DNA of 64,000 bases, taken from NCBI RefSeq assembly GCF_006345805.1, contig NC_043001.1:90148001-90212000 (forward strand). Reading direction: 5' to 3'. The DNA comes from Octopus sinensis. Taxonomy: Eukaryota. A program made the translations under genes and the position numbers. This document shows, one piece after another, positions 52,136 through 63,879 of the stretch (its first letter is position 1; every line of letters begins with the position of its first letter). Under the pieces are notes generated by a model. It was not told the DNA's origin. It ran no database searches and saw only the letters and a list, made by a program, of their open reading frames with translations.

Positions 52136-52437
52136 GGATAAGATCGTTAATTAAATATCGATCTTATCAATTGGCCAGCGTGGAAATAAAAACATTCAAA
52201 GGTAATAATTATGATTAAAATTATAATTTAGGGTATCTAAGAGATACCACCACGTTGGAAATAGCAGCCAAAACTTGACTCTAAAACTACATTAAATGTT
52301 CATACAGCACCAGGAGAGAAGACAAAGGGACAAAATATTATTGGATAATTCCAGATCCCGGATTTCTGACTCTGCGTAATAAATGCTTTCCCTCATTAGT
52401 GGAATATACACAGATAGTATATATATATATATATAAT

Positions 52438-53016
52438 ATATTTGAAGAAAAGAAGGGTAAAGATACCGCTTACTAAAAATCAAAACGAAAGCTTAAAAAA
52501 ACACTAATTCTACGATAAATACACAAACGAACAATGTAATGAATATTTTAAAAAATAGGCTTACCTTCAGGATGGAATATGAAGCAGCTAAAACATATCC
52601 CAATATCAATTGATTTCATGCTGTGCATGAGGAAAATACTTTGCAATCCTCAGTTGGAAATAGTATTTAACATCTATTTCTAAAATATTCATTACGTCAA
52701 CTCCTGTGTATTTCTAACTTTAAACGTTCCACTCTGTTTAAAAAGAAAGACTATCGTAAACAATAAAAAAGTAAATATGTGAAGTATTATTATTGTTAAA
52801 ATCAGTAATAATGAGGTGGCTAGCAAGACTTCTACCTAAACAGGTACAATATAAAATATTTGAAGAAAAGAAGGGTAAATATACCGCTTACTAACAATCA
52901 AAGCGAAAGCTTAAAAAACTCCACCAATTCTACAATGAATACACACACGAGCCACCTCATTATTACTGTTTTCAACAGTAATAATACTTCACATATTTAC
53001 ATATTTACATATTTAC
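52438..53016. repeat. Composite direct + inverted repeat structure
   Basis: Direct ~95 bp copies 52438-52530 and 52856-52950; inverted 51 bp copies 52771-52821 and 52950-53000. Confidence 0.85.
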
Positions 53017-53843
53017 TTGGGTAAGCTAAACTAAAATATGTCCGTGGGTTAGGATAAATGAAATAAACACCATTGGTAATCATGAATTTAAGTACATTGA
53101 CAGCAATCAGTTTCTCGGCGCTCGAATTTACTTTCCGCCAAGTGAACGTTATTCCTTTGCATACGTCTTTGTATGAAAGCAAAACTCTTGTACGATTTTA
53201 GTTTGACCCTGGATAACGTCCGAGTTTGTGTCGAGTAAAAATGATAAAAATCATAAAAATTATCTGCGTCGTCAAAATGGTTTGGTTTGATTGCACTAAA
53301 TTTCGAAGCCAATTGTTTGAAATACTCAAATCTTACACGTGAGCTATTTACAATAGAATCTAACGACATTTAATATGAATCAACCATTAATTTCATTTGA
53401 ATATAAGATATTCCTTCATTCTTTGCGATTTCACCAGAGAATAGTTTTCTTTGCATCCTTTGTGCTTTCTCACTTACGTATTAATCTTACATTTTCCAGC
53501 TAATTTACTTGCTTCGTCTCAGTCTGTTTGACTTGAAATTTATACTTATTTCGTATATTTTTCATATCTTTTACATAAAGCTGAATCGAATAAGAATTTT
53601 TTACCACAGCTAGACACAATTTTTTGCAAATTCATAAATAAACTGGAAGCCTTGTTTAGCACTTTATTTCACAATATAAGAACGACTAAGCATTCTTAAA
53701 TACCGATTATTTCCAGTATACACTTTGCCTCAGCGATTTGCAACTTCCCTCATATCTGTGCCATGCAAATAGTTTATTCTTGATATTTCTCTATAATAAA
53801 AAATATCGATTAAAGCAATGATAATAAAAATTTAGGCAACATA

Positions 53844-53912
<69 letters not shown>

Positions 53913-53915
53913 GAA

Positions 53916-53947
<32 letters not shown>

Positions 53948-53984
53948 AGAGAAAGAAGAAGAAGAAAAAGAAGAAGAAACTTAG

Positions 53985-54247
53985 GTGTTTCGTTCAACAT
54001 CCTTAAACAATCCTTATTCAGGGACCTTTTGAGCAGGATGGGCTACTTGACCAGAAGAACATTCTAACTGGGCCCCACCTGCAAGGTCATATGCTGTTTA
54101 TCTTGATATGAGATCACCATGTCGCACATATATGGTTGTGATGCATGTGCCTGGTGTACCCTTATCAGACGGGTAGTCATGAGGGGTATACTGGGCTTTG
54201 TATATTTTACCCCAGTGTCACTTTGATGGCATCCACTGCTCTCTCAC

Positions 54248-54250
<3 letters not shown>
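53985..54250 (+). mobile_element. 3' part of a non-coding repeat ending in a (TAA)n tail
   Basis: Aligns with 34310-34510; ends ...cactgctctctcaca(taa)n. Confidence 0.8.
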
Positions 54251-54295
<45 letters not shown>

Positions 54296-54310
54296 TAATA
54301 ATAATAATAA

Positions 54311-54642
54311 CTAAATGCCCTGATGCAGTACCAGGCAGTGGCTCTCATGACTTTTGATCTTAACAGATTGGAAGTGTTTTCATGTACATTGTTTTGTCTT
54401 GGTATATAACATTGACTACAACAAATATTCTGCTCAAAACCACAGATTTGCTTGTCAGTTGCTTGACCTTAACTAGTTTAGCATGTACCTTACTGGATGA
54501 CAACATGTGCATCTCTGATAACAGGCAGAGGTAGTAGGGGAGTATCATAGCCATGTGTTGAGGGAAATCCTTTGGGGTTGGATAATTCACGTTTGGAAAT
54601 ATGGGTGTTTTGTTCAACATCATTAAACAACCGTTATTCAGG
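54311..54642 (+). mobile_element. 5' part of the same non-coding repeat, bounded by (TAA)n on both sides
   Basis: Its 3' end (gggtgttttgttcaacatc...ttattcaggga) overlaps the start of 53985-54250 and aligns with 34205-34340. Confidence 0.8.
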
Positions 54643-54643
54643 G

Positions 54644-54697
<54 letters not shown>

Positions 54698-54698
<1 letters not shown>

Positions 54699-56204
54699 GA
54701 GTAACAACATCACACTAGATAAAACCAATGAAATAAAAGAACTAGACCAAAGCCAAACTTACAAATACTTAGGAATCCATGAACTAGATAAGACACAACA
54801 CACACAAATGAAAGAGAAAATAATAAAAGAATATTATAGACGAGTTAGATCAATACTAAAAACAGAGCTCAATGCTAAAAACAAGATAATAGGTATCAAC
54901 ACTTTAGCTGTCCCAGTTATAAGTTACAGCTACAATATCCTTAACTGGACACGAAATGAACTGTCCAAAATAGATAGGAAAACAAGAAAAATACTGACAG
55001 GATCTAGGATGCATCACCCAAAATCTGACATAGAAAGACTATATATACAACGTATAGAAGGTGGTAGAGGCCTTATACAGCTGGAAAACTACTATAAAAT
55101 AACCACCATAGGACTGCAAAAATATCTACTTCAGAAGGAAGGAAAACTGATCCAGATAGCAGCAAAACACGAGCAAAACAAAAAACTGTTCTCAGTATTT
55201 AAGGAAGCTGACAAATACAAACAAGAAATCATACCACCTAATAAACACAAAGAAGAAGAAGAAGATGATGAAGAAACAACAAAAGCTATAAAACAAATGA
55301 AATCCAAACTAAAAATAGAACAGCAACGAGCCATGATAAAACGATGGCAAGAAAAGCCCCTTCATGGTAAATACTGCACTAAACTAAACGCAAAAGAAAT
55401 AGACAAAGAAAAATCCCAGCAATGGTTGAGAAGCTCAGGACTCAAAGCAGAAACAGAGGGATTTTTAATTGCAGCACAAGACCAAAGCCTCCCCACCACA
55501 AATTACCAAAAACATGTAATGAAAAGAAAATTACAAGTAACTGCAGAATATGTGGAGATGGACAAGAAACAATAAATCATATTATCTCTAGCTGCCCAGT
55601 CCTGGCTAAGAAGGAATATATTCACAGACATGACAGAGTTGGAACCTACATACATTGGAAGCTATGCCAACATTATGGAATAACAACAGAAAAAAGATGG
55701 TATAGGCACACACCAGAAAAGGTCACAGAAAACGAGAAAGCAACCATACTCTGGGATATGCCGATACACACAGATAGAGAAATTAAGGCCAACAGACCAG
55801 ATATAGTTGTCAGAGATCATGAAGAAAAAAAATGCTTTCTAATTGATGTATCAATACCGGCAGATGACAACGTGTCTCTAAAAGAAATGGAGAAACTCTC
55901 AAAATACAAAGACCTGGAAATAGAGATAACTAGAATGTGGAACCTGAAAACAGAAACAATTCCTATCATAGTAGGTGCATTAGGCATGATAAAAAAATAT
56001 TCAGACAAATACATAACAAAAACACCAGGACTTACAAACACATATAACATACAGAAAATTGCACTACTAAGCACTGCACACATCCTACGCAGAACACTTT
56101 CCATACAATAACCATCAGAGCATCACAACAAATCACAGCACATACCCAAGGCACACAGAGCTGCGCTCGGTAGTGAAGTGAAAGCACGCTATAAAATAAA
56201 ACTA

Positions 56205-56206
<2 letters not shown>
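54698..56206 (+). mobile_element. 5'-truncated R4/Dong-type LINE (RT C-terminus, CCHC knuckle, restriction-like endonuclease) in (TAA)n
   Basis: TYKYLGI, INTLAVPVISYS, RMHHPKSDIERLY...GGRGL, AETEGFLIAAQDQSL, CRICGDGQETINHIISSC, RPDIVV...FLIDVSIP...EKLSKYKDL, PIIVGALG; one frameshift near 55525; (TAA)n at both ends. Confidence 0.95.
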
Positions 56207-56271
<65 letters not shown>

Positions 56272-57254
56272 GCAACAACAACAACCTGGAATACGCTGAT
56301 AGATTGACGTGCATTTATTATCTTACCATTATTTTTTGTTGCCTAAGTCGTGACTCGCCAAGAAGGATCTTGCGATACTGTTGTATATATACACAAGGCC
56401 ATGATAGGTCGGTAGAAAGAGAACGAGAGGAATATTGAGATGATGCCTTTATAATTAAAGAGTTCATTTCTGTAAATATATAAAGAGAAAACATTTTCCA
56501 GTACTTTACTCCAGAATATAAGAGCTACGAAGATTTCATAAGTACTGATTGTTTCCAGTCTACTCTTTGGGTCAGCGAACTGCTTTTCTTCTTTACCGTC
56601 CAGAATTCATGGTAGACCAGGTACTGATTCTGATAAATTCTCTAAGCGTGCTTTTATTGCTAAATTCCTAGACATCTACCTCATATGCCACAGTTTCTTT
56701 AGAACCAGTGCAAAAGATTTGATCTCATTGCATTGTTCTCGATTTACAACAGAAAGACAAGGCAAAATACTAAAACAAATATGGCGTCCATTCTCAGGCA
56801 TTTTGATGATAGCTTTTTCTCGATTTGCAACTTCTTTCATCTTTTGTGCTACCTTAACAATTCCTTCTCAGTATTTTACTCCGTGACATTTCTTATCACA
56901 AAAAATGTGAAAAAATATATGATAATATCAACGTGTGACAAGAATATATTATAATAATTAAATTTGGGACAATGAACTTTGGTTTGTCATTGTCTAACGC
57001 ATTTAAAAACTTTCTATTAAAAAAGTTCTCTTAAAAGACCTTCTAAAGAGAGTTCTCTTAAACGGCTCTTGATATGTTCTTATACTGTATAGCTGCATGT
57101 ATTTTGACTACTAGCATAAATGTTGTATTGTTTTGTATTGTTTTGTCCAACGCTTTAACAGTTCTACTAGTACATCATCTTGGCTCGGTATCTTATATAA
57201 TACATTCATATGTTCACATGCACATGTATGCATATATATACATGTTTATGTATA

Positions 57255-57410
57255 TGTGGCTGCATAGTAAGAAGCTTGCTTCCTAACTACATGGTTCCGG
57301 GTTCAGTCCCACTGCGTGGCACCTTGACAGTGTCTTCTCCTATAGCCTCGAGCTGACCATAAGCTTATGAGTGGATCTGACAGACAGAAACTCAAAGAAC
57401 TCTGCGGTAT
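57255..57410 (+). mobile_element. CORE-like SINE 5' half
   Basis: gtggctgcatagtaagaagcttgc...gggttcagtcccactgcgtggcaccttg. Confidence 0.8.
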
Positions 57411-57415
57411 GTATA

Positions 57416-57475
<60 letters not shown>

Positions 57476-57479
<4 letters not shown>

Positions 57480-58347
57480 GTTGGTAAAAAAGTTCGTAGC
57501 GTTTTTCATCAATTGCCCCCTTAACTCCTTCTAACTGGGAACAATAATAGTCTAAATTTAGCATCTGATTTTGTGGACGTAGCTCATAAAACACAATATC
57601 CTTGCAATCCCACCAGATATAGAGCATCGCCTTCTTCGGATACAGATCAGCTTTGGGAGAGATTGAAAGCGGTTCATCTCGTTTTCCCCAGGACATTTTT
57701 CGTTTAATGTTGTAAATAATCCACTTCTCATCACACATGACCATTCTTTTCAAAAATGGATAATTTTTTTTTCGTCTGAGCAGAGAATCGCAGATGGAAA
57801 TGCGCCCAATTGAGTTTTTTTCTGTTATGAGGCACCCAAACATCACAGCAATTTACGTAACCAAATGTTTTAAATGCTTTATAACGTTCACATGAGATAC
57901 ATGGAGAATGTCTCGCATCGTATGACGGATTATTTTTTATTTAAGTCTCGACTTGTTCATTATCAATGTAGGCCTGCCGGAACGTTCGCGATTTTCTAGG
58001 TCAAAATTTTCTGTTCTAAAACTAGTGAACCACTTACAAACAGTACTTTCAGCTATGACATCATCTCCATAAATAACACATATCATTGCTGTTTTGCAGC
58101 AGTTTTACATTTCCAGAAATAAAAGAGCATTAAATGACGAAAATGTATCTCATTTTCCTCCATTTTCAATTTTATCGTTAGAACAGTACCACTAAATAAT
58201 CCACACAAAATTCAAATTGAAAAATGCGTTGAGATCTCTTTTAGAAGAAATACATATATATATGGCATGCGTTTCTGTCACGTGATAAAACAGATGATGT
58301 TTAAACATCATCTATTGAAAAGAGCTACGAACATTTTAAATAACCCA

Positions 58348-58348
<1 letters not shown>
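57476..58348 (-). mobile_element. Internally deleted mariner element (873 bp) inserted in (TA)n
   Basis: TIRs ttgggttggtaaaaaagttcgtagc / gctacgaacattttaaataacccaa; ORF fragment CDEKWIIYN...PKKAMLYIWWDCKDIVFYEL...YYCSQLE. Confidence 0.92.
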
Positions 58349-58380
<32 letters not shown>

Positions 58381-58527
58381 ATATATATTATATATATATA
58401 TACACATTGGCGAAAATAAATTTAAGACCGATGATAAAAGTTCTATTTCTTACAAAATATTTTGTTACTAACACCATACAAATTATCTTTATATATTACA
58501 CCTTACGAAGAATTTATTGCTCTTTCG

Positions 58528-58579
<52 letters not shown>

Positions 58580-58589
58580 AGAATAAAAA

Positions 58590-58860
58590 AAAAGAAACAA
58601 AAGACGAAAACAGGTGGTGTAGACAGCAAACAGATGTATTAGTATAACGCTCAGGCAGTGAAGAAGTCTTTAACGTTTCGAGCCTACTTTCTTTCACACA
58701 AAGGAACACAGAAAGAAACAAGGAAAGAAAATAAAGAATGCATAGTGGCTAGCAATCTATTATGGCGAATCAGAGGAGACAGGTACAATCCGTAGAAGTT
58801 CGTAGGTGATGAGAGGAGACAGGATCAACTGGTGCGACCACGTGAGCGTATAATATATGG
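58590..58860 (-). mobile_element. Solo terminal fragment of the Penelope family at 25850-26130
   Basis: gtattagtat..cgctcagg...gtctttaacgtttcgagcctac...agaaag...gtagctaac/gtggctagc...atggcga colinear with 25900-26060. Confidence 0.75.
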
Positions 58861-58868
58861 GGAGAATT

Positions 58869-58906
<38 letters not shown>

Positions 58907-59009
58907 TGTGTGTATGTATGTGTGTGTGTGTGCGTATGCGTGTGTGTATGTGTGTGTGTATGTTTTGTCTCCCGTCACCGCTTGACAACCAGTGCTGGCT
59001 CGTTTATGT

Positions 59010-61198
59010 TGTGGTGAGAGTCACAACATCTCCTCCGAGAATAGACTTGACCGAACGACTATAGATAGTAGCGGTCTGAGTGAGAGAGAGAGGGATAGAG
59101 AGATTATAGGTTAATTGCAGGAAGTCGTAAGGTGTCGTTTTGATAGTTTGTCGGAATATCGTTTGTTGGTTCGTGTATAGTTCGTGGAGGGTTTGTTGGA
59201 TTGTTATGCTGATGTTATCCTGCTTCGTTATATATTATATTGTTACTGCACGATTATAGTGAAAACAAGTATCGTCATAACACGTGGCGATACTACAATA
59301 ATTGGCGACGAGGATTCGAAGCTCACGCAGGTCAGTTAACAAATTTTAATAAAGTTGTTAATCATGGAAAACCTATTAGCTTCTATAATACAGTTGCAAA
59401 AGCAACAGCAACAGGAGTTGCACCAACAACTACAACAGCATCAACAGCAGTGCAGCAGGAACAACAGAAAGGGTCGAACAATAGTACTCAAGAGTCGAAC
59501 AACAGTATTCAAGAGTCGAACGACAGTACCCAAAAGTCGAATTGCCGAAGTTAATAAAGAAGGCCGGAAGCACTACAGGTTTGTTTTCGCTAGACGGTGT
59601 ATCGAAATCTATTACAGAATTCAATTATGACCCAGAGGAGGGTATAACGTTTGCAGCGTACTTTAGAAGGTACGAAAAAATCTTCAGAGAAGATTGCAAG
59701 TCGTGGACGAACCGCCACGAAAACATGAAAAATATCGTAATTTCATACTACCTCCCAAAACTAGTGAAGTTTGTTTCCAGGAACTAGTCGTACAACTATC
59801 AAAAATATTCTGTGATAAGAGTTCCCTATTTAACACTCGATAAGAATGTTGGAATCTAATTAAAAGAGGGGATGAAGATTTTGTCACGTATGCCGGGACC
59901 GTAAACCGAATGTGCAAAATGTTTAAACTGAAGGAACTAACTCCTGATATGTTTTAGTGTCTCATTTTTGTATAAGGGCTTACAACAACCAAAGATGCGG
60001 AGATGCATGCAAGAATTCTCATGAATCTTGACCAAGTGGTCCAAAGTTTAACCCTACAGACAGTTGCTTATGAGTGTCAAAGAATAGTAAACTTATGTCA
60101 GGACGTAAAGAAAATTGAACAGTTCTCAGGAATACAAGCGTGCCGACCAGGAAGGAATAAACAAGAAAAAATGTTAAGACGAAATCCATGCTACAAATAT
60201 AGAGCCTTATATTTCATGCAGGATTGTCCTTTCAAGACGCAAAAATGTTACAGTTGCCAAAAAGTAGGACACAAGAACTCACATTGCAGAGCAAAGTTAG
60301 GAAGGTCGACCATAAAAAATTATTAAGCTTTCTCAACGGAAAGTAGAAGTGACACCAAAAATTTGTACATGTAAAAGTAAACAAAGTGAATATTAAATTA
60401 CAGCGAGATACTGGTGGCAATATCTCGATTATTTTATTAATACCGACACGTAGATACGAATTAAAGAACCTACATTAAGAAAAACATCAAAAATTGCATG
60501 AGACGTGACAGGTGAAAAACTATATTTCGTAGGCGAAATGTGGAGTGATATCACATTTCAGAAAAACCTGTAGAGCAAAAGTTTTCGTCGTAAAAAATGC
60601 AACCAATCTGTTCTGCTACAGACTGGTTGGAGTTATTTGACTTATGAGACCTTCCCATAAGTCTGTTCTGTAAAAATATAAATAGTTGTCCCACCGGTGA
60701 AAATAACTCAGCAACTGGATTGAAGACAAAAATTAAAAACTTGTTTCCTGAAGAGCTGTCGGATAAATTAGGTCTCTGTTCTAAGACTGAGGCCTGTTTT
60801 CAAATAAAGGAAAACGCTGTACCTGTATTTAAACCGGATAGAAAGGTACCATTTTCTGCGATAAAGCAGGTAGAGGAAGAATTAGACAGGCTGGAGAAAT
60901 TGGGAAATATTAAAAAAGTAGATTATTCTAAATGGCCGTGTGTATTAAAAAAAAATCAAGGTGTGTGCTGATTTTTCTAAGGTGTTTTCGTAAGGTGTTT
61001 TGGTATTTTGTTGGAATGGCGTTTGTCGGTTCGTTTATAGTTCGTGGAGAGTTTGTCGGATTGTTATGTTGTTGTTACCCTACTTCTTTACATATTTTAT
61101 TGTTGCTACATGGTTATAGTGTAAATACTATAGCCACCATAACAAGTGGTGATACTACCATAATTGGCGACGAGTAACTATATTACAATAGTGTACGA
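59010..61198 (+). mobile_element. Degenerate Gypsy LTR retrotransposon relic nested in a SINE
   Basis: LTR-like block ending ...tactaca, PBS TGGCGACGAGGAT (59303-59315), gag SITEFNYDPEEGITFAAYFRRYE, knuckle CYSCQKVGHKNSHC, protease-like QRDTGGNIS, RT start PVFKPDRKVPF...VEEELDRLEKLG; second LTR-like block ~60989-61160. Confidence 0.88.
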
Positions 61199-61285
61199 CC
61201 GGTAACATAGCGGTTCGGCAAAATCCTAAAGGCGATGCTCCAGCATGGCCGCAGTCAAATGACTGAAACAAGTAAATAATAAAAG
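61198..61285 (+). mobile_element. 3' remainder of the CORE-like SINE whose 5' part ends at ~59009
   Basis: ...cttgacaaccagtgctggctcgtttatgt | ccggtaacatagcggttcggcaaaa...ggcgatgctccagcatggccgcagtcaaatgactgaaac follows the order seen at 10110-10270. Confidence 0.75.
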
Positions 61286-61346
61286 AATATATATTTTGTA
61301 TAATTACATGCATATATGCATGTAAATATACAAAAATATATGTATG

Positions 61347-61385
<39 letters not shown>

Positions 61386-61458
61386 CTGTGTGTGTGTGTG
61401 TCTGTGTGTGTATGTATGTATTATTTACACCGGTCCAGTAGTCTGTTATTTATCTTGA

Positions 61459-61500
<42 letters not shown>

Positions 61501-61505
<5 letters not shown>

Positions 61506-61805
61506 TAATTAGAGTATATTAACCTCTTAAAGGGATTATTACAGTCAAGAAAACACTGGTTCAATACCTTATATCTTTGGAAAATAAATTTCCCTAAATC
61601 AATAGGTATATATTAACCATATAATCCACATTCAATTAAGAGTAAAAAATGGAGAGTTAAAGGTTAATAATTAGTAATAAATTGGTAATCATTCATATCT
61701 ACAATTGTTTCAATTTGCCCTAATCCAATAAATCTGCATTTATTAATTATGTGCAAAATATCACCAGGGAAATATTTAAACATTAGAAACTTACATGTTG
61801 ACCAA
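61501..61805 (-). mobile_element. Relative of the 49 kb (TA)n-associated repeat
   Basis: Abuts (TA)n with ttaattagag like the 49 kb arm and shares ctacaattgtttc (61699-61711). Confidence 0.45.
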
Positions 61806-62061
61806 TGAGTTCTTTCCAGCAATTTAAACTAAATATATGGTATTGCTTTTATTTTTTAGTGTATGTGTGTCGGCCCGGGATTATAGTTGGAGATACTTGC
61901 CAAAAGTGCTGCACAAGGAAACTGAACTCGAAGTCATATAGTTACAAAGCGAGCCTCTTAGTCACTCAGATATGCCTGTCCCTATTCTTTTAACTTGTGT
62001 TGGGCAGTTGAGTTTTCAATACTCTGCATAATTTTTCTTTCGCTTCCAGACCATTATGTCG

Positions 62062-62288
62062 TGTTTCACCATTTGGCTATTTGCATCCTCTGCAGTGAGT
62101 GTTCCAAGTGCAATTGGATGCAGTGGATGTTTCAAGTACAATAAAGCATTCCCTCAAGGGGATGCTATATTCCATTATGTCACATTGATCATAATAAAGT
62201 GTTTCCCTGATAAACTGCTGTGGTTTAGCATTCAATTGTGCCTGGAACATCCACTGCAGAGGATGCAAATAACCACAACGGTGAAACA
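62062..62288. mobile_element. Foldback/MITE-like element with ~60 bp inverted arms
   Basis: 62062-62121 is the reverse complement of 62228-62288 with roughly 9 differences. Confidence 0.7.
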
Positions 62289-62721
62289 TATGAAAGGAAC
62301 AAATGATATAAACTTGTGTTTATCATAATTTCTCCTATATTTCCTCAGTATTTCAACCAGTAATGCTGCTAAGTAGCGTAGTAACCATATCACTATGCTA
62401 GAAATTGACTTGGCAATGATATTCTACGGGGATCTCTAAACTCATAAATAGCAGTCGTACACGTAACTGTACACGCATGTTTTCCGTCTACCTCTCTCTC
62501 TCACTCTCTGTATTTATTATATAAGTGTGTACACACACACACACACATATATATATATGTAATGTGTATATAGACACGTATGTGTCTATATAAGCGTGTA
62601 ACTGTATGTATCTGCATTTGTAAGTATGTATATATGCATATAATTGTATGTATATATGTGCATGTATGTAGGTATGTTTTAATGCAAGAATATAAGTATA
62701 TCTATACATGTGTATGAATGA

Positions 62722-62779
<58 letters not shown>

Positions 62780-63815
62780 GTGTATGTGTGTGTGTGTGTG
62801 TTCGTATCTATCCATGCTTATATATATCTATTCACGTCATTTCAATATATACATATTTAAATAATTTTAAGGTATCTGTTCGTTTAATCAAGCTGAAATC
62901 TCACTCTCTCTCTCTCACACACACACACACACCACACACACACACACAGACTCACACACACCACACACTCACTCCAACACAGACATAACACAGAATGATA
63001 AATACAACATAATTCGTGCAGCAAATTTTAATTCACGATACGAGAGCTCGGTGGTTTCGTCTCAAAACAAGCAGACATTGTGACATGGACAGACAAGTAA
63101 ACGGCGAGTTAGTTACACGCCACATAGCATCATATTGTTCTTTGTTAATAATAATACAATAAAAAGGAAGATAAAAATGTAATATTAGAGAAAGATTTAA
63201 AAGTATTTCTTTTCTAATCAACTCACATCGAATTAGCCTCAAAGTGGATTAACGGATAATCCCAGGTCGACTGAAAATTTAACCTTGAGCAACAAAAGTC
63301 AAACTAACTTTATTTGTATTGTTTCTCTTGTGAATAGAGCAACTGCAGTAGATGGATGGACAGACAGACTGTGAGATAGGAGGAAAGAAAGGAAGAAAGG
63401 AAAATAAAGAAGTGGGGGAGATAGAGTATGACGGGAGAGAGGAACAATAAACTAATTATAGGAAGCTAGATTGATTAAGTGTATGTGTGGTGGGTGATTG
63501 GTTTGGGGGAGAAACAAATTATTGAACCTGAAGGCAAGAACTGTAGGCAAAATATTAAAAAGAAAGAACAAAGAGCACACACACACACACTCACCCCCAC
63601 ACACAAAGATAGAGAAAGATGGAGCAGAGAGTGGGGGAGAGAGGAGGGAAAGAGAGGGAGAGAGAAAGGAAACAGAATGGTGTTAGAGAGAAAGTAAGTA
63701 TTTTAAGAGTGAGTAGAAATTAAGAGGGAGAATTACGAAGAAAGGTAGAGAGTGAGTGATATACGTAGAGTTTGAGTGCCATTGGTTGATGGTAATAATG
63801 ATGATGATGATGGTG

Positions 63816-63879
<64 letters not shown>

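Noticed and set aside
52138-52275. Small inverted repeat (gataagatcg/cgatcttatc) and hairpin ggtatct/agatacc as another ribozyme
   Set aside because: No CUGANGA...GAAAC core in the right order on either strand.
54311-54400. Possible HDV-like or twister ribozyme at the 5' end of the TAA-tailed repeat
   Set aside because: I could not fit the nested double pseudoknot or the twister consensus by eye; only simple hairpins are visible.
59240-59630. Gln/Ser-rich ORFs as a host gene
   Set aside because: They lie directly after the PBS and belong to the decayed Gypsy gag region.
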